Below are positions 49,476 through 61,974 of a stretch of 64,000 bases of DNA, piece by piece. A model generated the notes under the pieces. That model was not told where the DNA came from. It made no database searches and saw only the letters and a program-made list of their open reading frames with translations. The DNA comes from Cyanophora paradoxa CCMP329 (taxonomy: Eukaryota; Plantae; Glaucophyta): positions 62,001-126,000 of the forward strand of contig QPMI01000061.1 in NCBI GenBank assembly GCA_004431415.1, written 5' to 3'. Every line of letters begins with the position of its first letter. Position 1 is the stretch's first letter. The position numbers and the translations under genes are program-made.

Positions 49476-51024
49476 ATGCTGCACCTGCGCTCGCTGGCCC
49501 CACTAGCGGCTGGCTGGGCCCGGCAGCAGCCTGCCCTCTTGAGGATCGCAGCACCGCCGGTTCCTCGGTTGCCGGCCCAGCATCACTGGGTGCAGCAGGC
49601 GCGCTGGGTCACAACGCCGCAGCCGCCGAAGCCGATCTCGATCGTCGACATCCAAGACCGGAAGCGGAAGGGCGTCCCCATCACGATGGCAAGCGCTGCC
49701 GCCGCCAGCCTCGCGCATGTGCGCGTTCGCGTCGTTGACGTATGCGACCGCTCGCATCGCCTGCAGGTTACGGCGTACGACTACCCGTCGGCGGTGCACG
49801 TCGATTCAGCCGGCTTCGACATCCTGCTCGTCGGCGACTCGGTGGGGATGGTGCAGCTCGGCTACGACACGACACTGCCCGTCACGATGGACGAGATGCT
49901 CCACCACTGCCGCTCCGTTGCCCGCGGCGCCCGCCGGCCTCTGCTCGTCGGCGACATGCCCTTCGGTGCGCCGCCCCCCGCCGGCGGGCGCGCTGCCGCG
50001 CTCAGGCGGGGGCGGCAGGGAGCTACGAGGTCTCCGAGGACGACGCCGTGCGGAACGCCATCCGGTTCCTGAAGGAGGCCCGCCGCGCAGCCGCGCCGGG
50101 GGCGCCGGCGGGGGCTGAGGGGGCGCAGGGCGAGATGGACGCCGTGAAGCTGGAGGGCGGCGTGGCGCGGGCGGCGACCGTCGCCCGCGTCGTCCGCTCC
50201 GGCGTCGCCGTCATGGGCCACGTCGGCCTCACCCCGCAGTCCATCAGGCCCGCCCCGCCCCGCCCCGCGCCGCGCCGCCCGCGCCGCGCAGGGCCCGGCG
50301 AGCGGGGCGCAGCGTGCTGGGCGGCTTCCGCTCGCAGGGGCGGAGCGCGGCGGCGGCGAAGCGGCTGCTGGACGACGCGCGGGCGCTGCAGGAGGCGGGG
50401 GCCTTCGCGGTGGTCGTCGAGTGCGTCCCCGAGGGCGTCGCCCGCGCCATCACCGCCGCCCTCGAGATCCCCACCGTCGGCATCGGCGCCGGCGCCGGCA
50501 CCGACGGCCAGGCCCGCCCCGCCCCGTCCCGCCCCGCCCCCTCTCCACGCCCCCCGCCCGCCGCTGAGGGCGGGCGGGGCAGGTCCTCGTGTACCACGAC
50601 CTCGTAGGGCTCTACCAGCACCCGCACCACGCCAAGGCCGGCCCCGCGCCCCGCCTCGCCTCGCCCCGCCGGCCCCGGGTTTGAGGCGCCCCCGCGCAGG
50701 TGACGCCCAAGTTTAGCAAGCGCTTCGGCAACGCGGCGGCCGCCATCCAGTCCGCCCTCGAGGCCTACCGGTCCCCTCCCGCGCCGCCGCCCGCCCCGCT
50801 GCCGCCTCCGCCTGAGGCGCCTCGTGGGCGGGCGGGCGGGTAGGGCGGAGGTCGTGGGCCGGAAGTTCCCGTCGGCGGAGTACTCGCCCTACACGATCCC
50901 CCAGGAGGAGCTTGACGAGTTCCTCGCCTACGCCGCCCGGCCCCCGCCCGGCCTCGCCCCGGCCCCGCGCCCCGGCCCTGGCCCCGCCGCCGGCACCCCG
51001 GACGAGACGATCAAGGTCTACTAG
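49476..51024 (+). CDS. panB: Ketopantoate hydroxymethyltransferase with a probable mitochondrial presequence
   Basis: ITM|[28 protein letters not shown]|[32 protein letters not shown]|VLVYHD. Confidence 0.97.
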
Positions 51025-51236
51025 CTGCAGCCGCAGCCCCAGGGATCCGGAGGGCTCGCCGCGCACCGCCGCGCTCCGCCCGCGGCACGCGCCCGCCATC
51101 CTTAAGCTTGCGCTTCAGAAATTCCATTCAGCGAATTAAGCTTATTAATGAGAGAAACGACCGGACAATATAGGCGCCCGGTCGCGGCCAGGAGGCAGAG
51201 GGCAGCATGGAGTGAGCATGCAGAGCGCTGCGGCTG

Positions 51237-51617
51237 TCAGAAACAGTCGTCCACGCTCTCCCACTTGTGGCACCACAAAGCCTCGTCCGCCGCGACGCAC
51301 TCTTCGCACATCACCCAGCCGGGGAACCAAACAGAGGCGCAGAGCTTGTTGCTCTCGTTGTCGCCTTCGCCGCACTCGTCGCAGACGAGCTCCTCCTTCC
51401 AGGACTTGCAATTGCGAGCCCCGCGCCCGCGCCCGCCGCGCCGACGTGAGCGCTTGGGCTTCGCGGTCGTCGATTGGCCATGGCCACCCCTCGCCACGGC
51501 CGGCGGGGCATCGCACGCCGCGCGCGCGGTAGGCGAATTATTTTTGACAGGTTCTCCCGCGGCCGTGGCCTGCTGCGCCGGCGCCGCATTCGTCGAGATC
51601 GGAGAATCAGAGCTCAT
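51237..51617 (-). CDS. Small hypothetical Cys/Trp-rich protein
   Basis: 126-aa ORF with AT-rich flanks. C-terminal CDEC...C...CEEC...C..W..C pattern and coding-like composition. Confidence 0.45.
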   Translation of the reverse strand: MSSDSPISTNAAPAQQATAAGEPVKNNSPTARAACDAPPAVARGGHGQSTTAKPKRSRRRGGRGRGARNCKSWKEELVCDECGEGDNESNKLCASVWFPGWVMCEECVAADEALWCHKWESVDDCF

Positions 51618-51908
51618 GTTTATAAATTAGACGCTAGCTAGCGCTGTCAGGCTGCAGACCGGCTGCTTTAGGGGGTATGCGCATGCGTATACGTACGTAC
51701 GCGGATCAATTGCAAGCGTTATCCGTTAAATGAGACCATCAAGCGAAAGATCTACTGGCTGCATCCGCATCTGCAGCGCTCGTGGCCATGATCATGATTT
51801 ACAGGGCAGGCTGGAGAGTACAAGGGGCCGCGCGGGGCGGCCGGGAAAAAAGCCTGCGGGGGAAAAGCGGTGGCTGAAGAGGGGGGGCTGTACAGGGGCG
51901 GGGGGCGC

Positions 51909-53225
51909 TCATATGCGGGACGAGACGACGACCTCGCGGGGGAGGAGCATGAGGAGGGACTCGAAGGCGGCCTGCGGGGGCCCTCAGCGCCCGAATTCCA
52001 AGCGACGAGGAGGGCGGCGCGGGGGCCGGCAGACCCGGAGCCGCTCGGCGTCCTTCGACTCCAGCGTGAGGAGGACCTTCACCCCGGGAGGCCCGTCTAC
52101 GGGGTACGAGCCCAGCCGCACGTCCCGGTGCCGCTCCACTGAGCCCGCGGCCCGGTCGAGCAGGGGCCGAGGAGCGCGGCGGGGGTACGCGGACCGGCCT
52201 CGTGGAGATAGGCGGCGATGGCCGACTCGGGGGCGCTAACCTCCACCTGCGCCGTCAGGAACGGCGTGCTCCGGAACTGCCCGGGGAGAAGGTCGGCACG
52301 GGGTACAGAACAGGGGGCGGGCGGGGAGGGAGGGACGGCGGACCGTCTCTTTGAAGGTTTCAAACTTGGCCTGGAGGAACTTGGGTACCCCCGGAAAAAT
52401 GTACACGTTTTTTACGTGAAGGAACGGCCAAGGCACGCCCTCCTTGCGCAGCAGCGCGTAGCCCTCTGCGGACGGTCATCAGTCGCCCGGCGCAACGCGA
52501 GCTAAGAGGCGCCTCGGTCCGCGCACGAGGGAAATCGGCCATTTTGAGAACGTACCTGCGTACGAGTCAGCGGGGCGGTCGAGGATGGGGCGCGCGCGCG
52601 ACGGACTCGTTACAGTCCTTGCCTGCGGGGCGCTGGCGTAAGCGGCTGCCCGGGGTTTCACATGAGGGGCCGGCTGCGAACCGTACGTGTCCTTGAGCAT
52701 CGCCTGGTGGCCAGGCCGGGACGGAGGGCGGCTCAGTCGTCAACGGCGCGGGGGGAGGGGTGGAGGGGAGGGGGATGGGGCGGCACCTCAGTCGCAGCGT
52801 CCCGCACAAGCGGAACTCCGAATGCGCGAGCAATGGCCGCCATCGTCACGTCGTCGTGCGTCGGCCCCACACCGCCGCAACAAAGAACGTAGCTGTGAGC
52901 CGAGCTCGCCGTTCGGATTTCAGCAGCTATTTGATCGACATCGTCTTCTAAGAAAGCGATGCGCCGTGTCGCCACTCCGAGAGCACGAAGCTCCTTGACC
53001 TGGGAGGAGCGCGCGCCGGCGAGCGATCGGCGACGCCGGCGAGGGCGGTGGAGGAGCGCACGAGGAAGGACGAATTCAAGTCCGCAACCGAGCCGGACAA
53101 CAATTCACTGCCTGCGGTCGATCATTGGACATGCACGCGTACGCGCAAGCGGCCTCTCCCACGCGCGAACCGATAATAACAATAGCTGCAGACGGAGTTG
53201 CATGTGCGTACCGAAGCTGCGGCAT
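51909..53225 (-). CDS. Stand-alone molybdopterin-binding-like (CinA/MPTb) protein, putative FAD diphosphatase
   Basis: Spliced SAAIVII|GSELLSGSVADLNSSFL|VKELRALGV...GGVGPTHDDVT...NVYIFPGVPKF...LGSYP. Stop at 51909-51911; start approximate. Confidence 0.85.
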
Positions 53226-53384
53226 GCGTGTACCGAAGCTGCGGTAGCCGCAGGCCTGCTCTTACTGAATTTGCCGTACCCCTGCTGCGAAGATCAACCG
53301 GGCGCTTTTCAGCCGGCGCACATGCCCAAACCTGAACACGGCTTCAGCGAATAGCTAGCAGCCGCGTGCTTCGCTCACTCGCGA

Positions 53385-55343
53385 ATGGAGCTCCTCAAGG
53401 CGGTCGAGCAGAGCGCCGATGAGGAGCTCAAGCAGCAGTTCATGAAGACCATGACGCTCGTGGGACGCTGTATCGCGCTCTTCGGGTGCGGCCGGATAGG
53501 AGCGCCAAGCGCGACTGAACCGCCCGCTCACCCGATGCCGCGGTGCGCAGCTTCGACGGCATCTCATTCAGCTTCAACGGCGGCAAGGACTCCACCGTGC
53601 TGCTTCATGTGCTGCGGGCGGCTATCGCACAGCACCTGGCTCAAGCAGCACCGAATGGGGGCGCGGTATCCGCGGAGGCCACAAACGCCGCGCTGCGACG
53701 CGTTCGATTCGTCTACTTCAACTCTGCGAACATGTTCCAGGAGATCCACGAGTTCCTCCAGCAAACCAGCGAGCTGTGCGCCGTGCTGCGATCTCCCCGG
53801 TGACCCGACGCGCGCTGGCTGACGTGACGCGCGCTGTGCAGCTACGGGGTTGAGATCAAGTTCTTAGATGCCAACTACAAAGCCGGTCTGAGCGAGCTGA
53901 TTCGCGAAAGCAAGGTCAAGGTCATCTTGATGGGGCAGCGGCAGGGCGACCCTGGCGCAGGTGACCGCGCCAACTGCTCCTTTCAGATTGTTTTTTATTG
54001 AAGTGCTTTCCTTTTCTCTTGCCTCGCAGTGAACCTTGAGCACTTTTCCCCGACGGACCCCGGGTGGCCCCCGATCATTCGTGTGAACGCCATCCTGGAC
54101 TGGACCTACGCCCAGGTGTGGCGCTTCCTCGTCGACTTCAAGCTGCCCTACTGCTCCCTCTACGACCGCGGGTCCGCCCCGGGCTTCGCGTCGCGCCCCG
54201 CCGGGCGGTGCGAGCGGGCGGGGGCAGGTACACGTCGATCGGGGGGCAGCTGGACACGCTGCCGAACCCCGCGCTGAAGAACGCGAACGGGACGTTCAAG
54301 CCGGCGGCGGCGCTGGAGGACTGGTCGCAGGAGCGGGCGGGGCGCATCGCCAAGAAGCCGGCGCCGAGCCCGACGCCGCCCTCCTCCTCCAACTCCTTGC
54401 CCTCCATGTCCCCCTCCGTCTCCTCCTCCTCGCTCAGCGTCCTCTCCGTCTCCAACGGTGCGCCCCCCGCGAGGCCCGCCCTCGCCCCCCCTGATCCCCG
54501 CCCCGCCCCGGCAGCGCCGGGGGGCGCCCCGAGGAGCCACCAGGCGGCCGGCATCATCATCATCGGCGACGAGATACTTAGCGGCAAGGTCGTCGACGCG
54601 AACGGCCCGTTCCTCTGCCGGGAACTGCGGTGCGGGGGGCCGGCGAGGGGGCGCCCCGCGGGGTGTGACCGGGGGCGGGCAGGGAGCTGGGGATCGGGGT
54701 GCGGCAGCTGGCGGTGATCCCGGACGAGCAGACGGCGATCGCGTCGCACGTGGCGGCCTTCGCGCGGCAGTACGACCTCGTCTTCACCACGGGCGGCCTG
54801 GGCCCCACGCACGACGACCGTACCGTCGCCGCCCTCGCCGAGGCCTTCGGCGTCCCCGTCCGCCGCGACCCCGCCCTCGCCGAGGCCGTCGCCGCCTTCT
54901 ACGGCCCCGCCTGCACCGAGGCGCACCTCAGGCAGGCCGACGTCCCCGACGGCTGCCGCCTCCTCGCCGTCCCCAGCGTCCCCTTCCCGACCCTCGTCAT
55001 GAAGAACGTCTTCGTGCTGCCCGGCATCCCCGAGTATGTCCGCCTCAAGATGGGCCTCCTGCGGGAGGAGCTGCGGGGCCACCCCTTCGCCCTCCGCAAG
55101 CTCTTCCTGGACCGCGGCGTGAGCGAGGGGGCCGTCGCGCACCTCCTCGAGGAGACGCAGGCCGCCTTCCCCGGGGTCAAGGTCGGCAGCTACCCCTTCC
55201 TGGAGCGCGACTTCAGCGTCGTCGTCACGCTCGAGGGGAGCCTGCGCGACGAGGAGGCCGTCGAGCGCGCCGCCCGCCACCTCGCCGCCCGCCTGCCCCC
55301 GGGCGCCCTCCTCCGCACCTCCTCCGACAACCTCCCCTTGTAG
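53385..55343 (+). CDS. FLAD1: FAD synthase (PAPS-reductase-like domain) fused to a C-terminal MPTb/CinA domain
   Basis: [38 protein letters not shown]|GYTSIG; then [39 protein letters not shown]. Confidence 0.93.
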
Positions 55344-55511
55344 CTCCCGCCCCGCCCCGCCCCGCCCCCGCCGCCCCCCGCCCCTCTCAGCCCCCCTATC
55401 GTGCTCTTTCCGTTGTTTCAACTAGTGGCCTACACGAGCCGAGGCGTTGCTGGAAGCGGGTGGCGACGGGAAGGGGCGAGTGGGGAGGCGAGAGGCCGCG
55501 GAAGGAGGCGA

Positions 55512-56372
55512 CTAGTCCGCGGGGCGGCAGACGGTGAGCGGAAGCGAGCCGCCCGGCGCCGCCTCGAGCTCGAGCGCGCCGGCCAGGCGCGCGGCGGGGC
55601 CCAGGGCGTGCTCGCCCCTGCGGATGGCGTCGGCGGCCGCCCGCGCCACGCGCCGCGCGGCCGCGCCGCCGGCAACCGCGAGGGCCTCGAGCTCGCCCGC
55701 CGGCGAGGCGGCGAGGTGCACGTCGCAGGCCGCCTCCGCGACGGCGCCGGCGGCTCGCGCCGCGTCCAGCAGCCGCCGGTCGAGCGAGAGGAAGACGGCG
55801 GCGGCCGAGGGCGGCGCGCCGGCAGCCGCCGTGAGCGCCGCGTGGAGGGCCCAGAGGACGAGGTTGTCGGGCTGTATCCGATCCGGCACGGGCACGCAGA
55901 GGCGGCCGGCGCCGGCCGGGGCGTGCTCCAGCGCGGCGGCGCAGACCTCCAGCGCAGGGCTCACCGCGTACAGCACGAGGGCGCTCTCCTGCACGAAGGA
56001 GTGCTCCACGAGGCGCTGCAGCCGGTCCGTGACGTCCGCAGCGCCGAGCAGCGAGTACACGAGGCGCGGGGCCCGCGCCGCCCGCAGCGCCCCAGCCGCC
56101 GCTGCGATCGCAGAGGCTGGGACGGAGTTCCGTCCCAGAGGCACGATCTCATCCGCCGCAGCCTGCACGCCGCCGCCGTCCGCGCTCCTGATGATGCTGG
56201 GGACGCGGGCGCGGAAGCTGCCCTCGCGGAAGTCCTCCGGCGAGACGCCGCTGTCCGAGCGCTCGGCGCTGCCGGCCACCTGCAGCGAAAGCTGCAGCGA
56301 GACGGCCAGCACGAGCGCCAGCGCCGCCGCTGGCCGGGCCGGTCGCTCCCACGCCGGCCGGCCCGCGCGCAT
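55512..56372 (-). CDS. Intronless hypothetical protein with an N-terminal signal/anchor sequence
   Basis: Open frame from ATG 56372 (MRAGRP...AAALALVLAVSLQL) to stop 55512, with protein-like composition unlike the noise ORFs. Confidence 0.55.
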   Translation of the reverse strand: MRAGRPAWERPARPAAALALVLAVSLQLSLQVAGSAERSDSGVSPEDFREGSFRARVPSIIRSADGGGVQAAADEIVPLGRNSVPASAIAAAAGALRAARAPRLVYSLLGAADVTDRLQRLVEHSFVQESALVLYAVSPALEVCAAALEHAPAGAGRLCVPVPDRIQPDNLVLWALHAALTAAAGAPPSAAAVFLSLDRRLLDAARAAGAVAEAACDVHLAASPAGELEALAVAGGAAARRVARAAADAIRRGEHALGPAARLAGALELEAAPGGSLPLTVCRPAD

Positions 56373-56526
56373 TAGCCTGGGAGAGCCTCGGTGCACTTCT
56401 CGCTGCTCTGGGGGCTCTGCGTGGCTGCTAGCTGCAAGGTGAAATGACCAAGGGAAAGGGATCGAATCCGGCAAGGGTTCGATTGGGGACACCGGCTTTC
56501 CCGCGTCGAGCCTGGGCTTTCCCGCG

Positions 56527-59500
56527 ATGGACCCGCGCCCGGCGGACGAAGCAACGCCAGCGGCATCGCAAACAGCTCAAGGAGGTCGCCTGTCGATCGG
56601 CAGCCTGCTTTCGCCCGCGCCGAACGAGGATGCGGCCCCGTCGCAGGTGCGGGTTGCATCGAAAGCCTCTGCGCAGGATGCAGCGCCGAAGCTCGCGGCG
56701 CGCGCTGTTCGAAATCGACGCCACCCGCAGGCGGAGCCCTTTAGGCGAGTGCCCAACATCGTACAGTCGCCTTCTTTGATGGAGCGGTTCAGAGCGGTTC
56801 CCGCGTCTCCGTCGAGTTCGTCACGGGACTCGGTCGCGGAGCGCCAGCCTATGGGATCGCCTACTTCCATCCGCCCCTGGGAGAATTCATTCCAGAGTTC
56901 CAGCCCGTCGCATTCGCCGCGCCAGCACGCCTCTGCCCCGGCACAGTTGGCCTCCAGCACGCCTCCCGCCACCTCGCCGGGCGCATCGCCACGCGGCCCC
57001 GCTCCCGCCATTCCACCGGCGGCGCACGCGCAGCAGCAGCCAGAAGCAATGGAATTGTCGCCGCGCTCCGGAGCATCTCCGGCACCGCAGCAGGAAGCGG
57101 ATCGCCCGGCCCCCGTCGGCGCGGCCAGCGCCGCCGCGGCCCCCGACCCCGCGCCTCCCGCCGGCCAGCAGGCGATCCCGGGAGCGGTCTTCGTTGCGGC
57201 GCGCCCCACGGGGGCGGCCCTGTGTGGGCGGCGGGGGCGGCGGAGGGGGGTCGGGGCGGCGCTCGCCGGGGAGGCGATGGCGGAGGACGGCGGCGAGGCG
57301 GAGCGCGGGAGGAGGGCGGCGAGGCGGCGGCGGCCGCGGCCCAGGGCGACGCCGAGGCGGGCGAGGAGGAGCCCGGCCGCGACGCCGAGGGCCCGAGGAG
57401 GGGCCGACGCGGCCCGCCGGGCGCCGGCGCGAGGCGGGGCGGCGGGGCGCGGAAGAGCAAGAAGAAGAAGAAGAAGGGGGAGGAGGACGACGAGGACTTC
57501 GATGAGGCGGCCGAGGCGCGCAAGGCGGCCGCCAAGGGCCGCGCGAAGAAGGGCGGGGGGCCGGCGGGGGCGCCAAGGGGGCGGGGCCGGGGCGGTGGCC
57601 GCGGGTGCAGATGCCGCTGGCGTGCCTGCTGGTGGAGGGCCCGGAGGACGCCGGCCTGCTCGAGAGCAGCGAGGAGGAGCCGGCGGCGCTGGCCTACTGG
57701 TCGGGGCAGGGCCCGCCCGCGGGGCCCGGCGAGGCGGGCCGGCGCGGGTCCTGGTGGAGGGGGCGCTGCTCGAGCTGCCCGCGAGGCGCTCGCGCTGCCC
57801 GACCTCGCCGCCCTCCTCACCCCGGAGCTCTGGCGCGAGCTCTCCGAGGAGGAGCGCGCCCGCCTGCGGCCCCTGCTGCCCCCGGTCCCCAGCGAGCTCC
57901 GCGCCGCCCAGCGCGCCGCCGCCGCGCACCTCGCCGCCGAGGCCGACGCGGGGGCGGGGCGGAGGGCGGGGCGGGGTGGGAGGAGGAGGGGGGCGCTGCG
58001 GGAGGGGCGGGGCGGGAGAAGGACGCGCTGGCGGAGCGCTTCCTCGCCTGCGACGAGGACCTCTTCTTCGGCCACCCGCTCCGCTCCTTCTGGGCCGCCC
58101 TCCGCCGTCCGCCCCCCGCCCCCGCCCTGCCCCGCCGGCGCCGGCCCGTGACGGGGTGCGGCAGGCGGGAAGTACGCGCCGGAGGCGGTGGCGCGGCAGC
58201 AGCGGCGGCTGCAGCTGCGGCGCGCCGCCCACGTCCGCTCCCTCCGCTCCTTCCACGACAACCTCGTCCGCCCCCGCCCCCCCGCCTGCCCCGCCCGCCC
58301 GAGCCGCCCTCCGCAGGTCCGCCGCGTCGTGCAGGCCCGCCGCACGCGCTTCGCGGCGCTGCAGGGGCCGGCGGGACCGCCGCCGTACGAGGCCTCCTCC
58401 TCGCTCGCCCCGGCGGCCCCTGGGCGGCACTGCAGGCTCCGCCGAGGCGCAGGGGGAGGGGGCGGTGCCGGCGCGCTACGTCCCGTGGCGCCCCTGCGGG
58501 CCGACCTGAAGGCGGCCCTCGTCGGGCGCGCCCCGCCGCGCCGCACCTTCGACGCCGCGCCCCTCGCGCCGCCGCCGCCCCGCCCCGCCCCGCCGGAGGG
58601 GGAGGAGGAGGGGCGGGGAGGGGGCGCGGCGGAACCCGAAGCGGCGGGCGGTGGCGAGCCGCGCCCTCGACGACTTCGCCACTGGGAGCTCCTCGAGGCG
58701 CAGGCCCCCAGCCGGGCCCCCCGCCCAAGAAGGCCACCCGCCCTCCGCCCCGACGGCCCGGGGGGCGGCGCCCACCGCGGGCCCCCTCGGCGGCCCCTCG
58801 GCGGGGCGGGGGCGGGGCGGGGACGGGTCGCTGCCGGCGTGGGCGGTGCCGCTCGGGGCGCGCGAGCCGTTCATCACCGCCGTCCTCCACCGCCTGCGCG
58901 ACGTGCCGGACCGAGCGCCGGCCCCTCCTCGCCGCCCTCCGCGCCGCCTCCGCCGTCGCCTCCTCCGCCCCGCAGGCCGCCGGGGCGGGGCCGGGCAGGG
59001 TGCGGGGCCGGGGGCGGGCGGGGAGGCGGAGATGGAGGCGCCGCTGCCGCCGCTGGAGCTGCCGGCGAGCCTCGCGCGGGCGGCGAGCCCGCCTCGTCGG
59101 GCCTCCCCTCGCCCCGCGGCCCGCCGGCCGCGCTTCGCCCTCCCGCCCTCGCCGACCCCACCCTCCCGCCCCGCTCCTGCGACTTCGCCGTGCGCACCCC
59201 GCCGCCCCGCCCGCCCCGCCCGCCGGCCTCCGGCGCGACGCGCGCGCAGGGCTGCTGCTGGTGCTGCTCGAGGTCGGCTCGGCGGCGGAGCTGCTGCCGG
59301 CGGCCTGCAGCGCGCGCCACCTGCTCTCCTCCCTCCTCCGCTTCCTCGCCGACCCCAGGGGCCCTTCCCGAGCCCCCGGCGCCCCCCGCCGAGCCCGACG
59401 CCCGCCCCGCGACCGCCCCTCGCCAGTCCCGCCTCCGCCCCCACCCCGCCCGCCATCCCTTCGCCCCCGCTCCCCTCCAGCCTCCCCGGGCAGCTCCCCG

Positions 59501-61974
59501 GGGCCTCTGCGGCGGGCCCGGGGCCATCCCTGCGGGCGGCGCCCCCGCGGCGGCCGCCCGGAGGCCTCGCCAGCGCCGGGCGCCCCTCCCCCCGCCGGGC
59601 CGTCCCGCATCAGCCCGCCACGGCCGGGGCCGGAGTCCCGCTCCCGCTCCCCCGCAGCCCGGCGCAGCGCCGCTGCCGGCGCGCTGTCCCCGACGCCGGC
59701 CCCGTCGGCGCCCGCAGCTGCAGCGGCGCCCGGGCCCGCCGGGGGGCCCTCGGCGGGGCCTGCGGGGCGGACGTCGGAGGGGTCGGTGTCGGGGGCGCTG
59801 GGTCGCGGGGTGGCGGACCCGGGCCCCGTGCCGGCGGCCTTCGAGCCCTGCCTCCGCTTCGACGAGGAGAAGCAGGTCGCCACCTGGCTCTCCCCCCTCC
59901 CGGGTGAGCCGCCGGCAGGCCCGCCCCCCCGGCCCTCGCCCCCCTGACGGTGGGGCAGGGGAGGCGGGGCCGGCGGGGCCGCTGGCGGCGATGGAGGAGT
60001 ACTTCCTCGCAAAGTACGCGAGCCGGCTCCCGGCGGCGCAGCTGGAGCGGGCCTTCAAGCCAGCCTCCAAGTCGGTGCTGAGCATCCGCCCGAGCTCGCC
60101 GGAGACGGTGCAGCTCTTCCGCGCCCAGGAGCGCGAGCGCTTCCTCGCCCCCGACGCCGGCTTCGTCTACCGGTGCCCCCCGCCCCGCCCCTCCTTCCCC
60201 CCGCGCCCCGCGCGAGTCGGGACCCGCAGCATCAAGGGCCTGCGCGCCTCTGTCGCCCCCATCAAGCGCAGTGCGCCCCGCCCCGCCGCCGCCGCCGCGC
60301 CGAGGGCCGCTGAGGGGCGGGGGCGGGCAGCGAGCGGGACGGGGCGGGTGCGGGAGCACATGCTGCTGCGGGCGGAGCGGCCGCCGCACGTCACCCTCCT
60401 CGGCCTCGTCCGCGACGCCGCCGCCCGCCTCCCCGACGGTCCCGCCCCGCCCGCCCCGCGCGCCCCGCGCCGGCCTCACGGGCGGGGGCGGGCAGGGTTC
60501 GGGACGCGGGCCGACGTGGCGGAGCTGCTGCGGGACTCGCAGTACCTCATCGAGGAGGCCGTGCGCCCCGCCCGCCCCGCCCCCCGCCCCGCCCCGCCCC
60601 GCCCTGCGCCTCACCGGCCGGGGGCGGCGCAGGGGGCGGCCCTCGTGCACCAGGCCGTGAGCGGCGCCCTCGACCGCCTCCACTACGAGAAGGACCCCTG
60701 CGTCAAGGCACGCCGCCCCGCCCCGCTGGCCGCCTGCTGGGCGGGGCGCTGAGGGGGGCCGGGGGCAGTACGACGGGGAGCAGAAGCTGTGGCACTACCT
60801 CCACCGCGACCGCGACCCCGCCGACTTCAGTGCGCCGCCCCGGCCCCGCCCCCCTGCCCTGCCCCGCGCGGCGTCCGCGAGCCGGCGGGGGCGGCGCAGC
60901 GATGGAGGGACAGGTGGCGACGCGCGGGCCCCGCGCCAAGCAGGAGCACGCGGCCGAGCCGGCGCCCCGCCCCGAGCCCAAGCCCCGCAAGAAGAGCGCC
61001 AAGGCCGCCGCCGCCGCAGCTGCTGCTGCTGCAGCAGCAGCGGCAACAGGCGGCGGTAGCTCGGGCGCTGCTCAGGGCCCTCCTCCCCGCAGGGCCCCCC
61101 GCCCCGGGCCTCCCGTCCCTGGCGCGCCCGTCCCGCTCGCCGGCCCCGCCGGCCTGCCCCGCCCTGGGCCGCCCCAGCCGATGGTGCGTGCGCGCGAGGG
61201 GCGCCGGGGCGGGCGCTGACGGGGGCCGGGCAGGGGCAGGGCCGGGCCGGGGCTCCCCTCGGCAGCCGCCGTGCACGCTGCCACGACCGGCGGGCGGCCC
61301 TACCCGCCCGTGCGCCCCCGCCCGCCCGCGCCCCGCCGGCCTGATGGGGCGCAGGGCCAGCCCTTCGCCCGCCGGGGCCCCGGGGATGCAGCGCCCGGGG
61401 GGCCGGAGGGCCCCCGGCGCGACTTTCGTGCCCCGCGCGTGCCCTCGGCGGTCGCCCACTGGGGCCCGGCGCCGTGCCCGCCGCGGGGCGCGGCCTGCCC
61501 GTGGCGGGGCGCGCCCCGTGGGGCCCCTCCCGGGGGCTCCCCCGCCGTACCCTTGGGCCGGCCAGCTCCCCATGCCGGGCGCCCCGCGCCGCTTGCCGGG
61601 CCCCCGCGGCCCCCGGCGTGCCCCTGCCCCGGGCGTCCCCCGCCCCGATGATGGGGGCGCGCGGGCCCATCCCTCCCCACTACGGGCCCCCGCAGGGCCC
61701 TCCTCAGGGGCCCCCGCAGGGCCCTCCGCAGGGGCCCGTCATGCCGCCCCCGCCCCCGCCGCCAGGGGCCCCGGGGGGCCCGCCGAGCGCTCCTGTGCGT
61801 CCTGGCCCCTCCCCGCGCTCCCCTCGCCCACGGCGCCCGCCTGACTCGGCGGCGCGCGCCGCAGGTCCTCACGTCCGTGTCGCCCTTCCCGCCGGGGCCG
61901 CAGCCCCCGGTGGGGCCCGCCCCGCCCCCACAGTGAGAGGGCAGCGCCAGTGCCGATTGTCACTGATCCGCTGA
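56527..61974 (+). CDS. NFRKB: NFRKB (INO80 complex subunit G), multi-exon; 3' end approximate
   Basis: DEUBAD-like (LLTPELWRELSEEERARLRPLLP; LFFGHPL), then FRAQERERF..P..GFVY, REHMLLRAERPPHVTLLGLVRDAAARLPDG|FGTRADVAELLRDSQY, VSGALDRLHYEKDPCVK|YD..QKLWHYLHR. Confidence 0.92.

Noticed and set aside
40621-51024. Histidine kinase and panB as bacterial contamination or recent HGT
   Set aside because: Both carry host-style introns, and both families are widespread in algae, plants and fungi.
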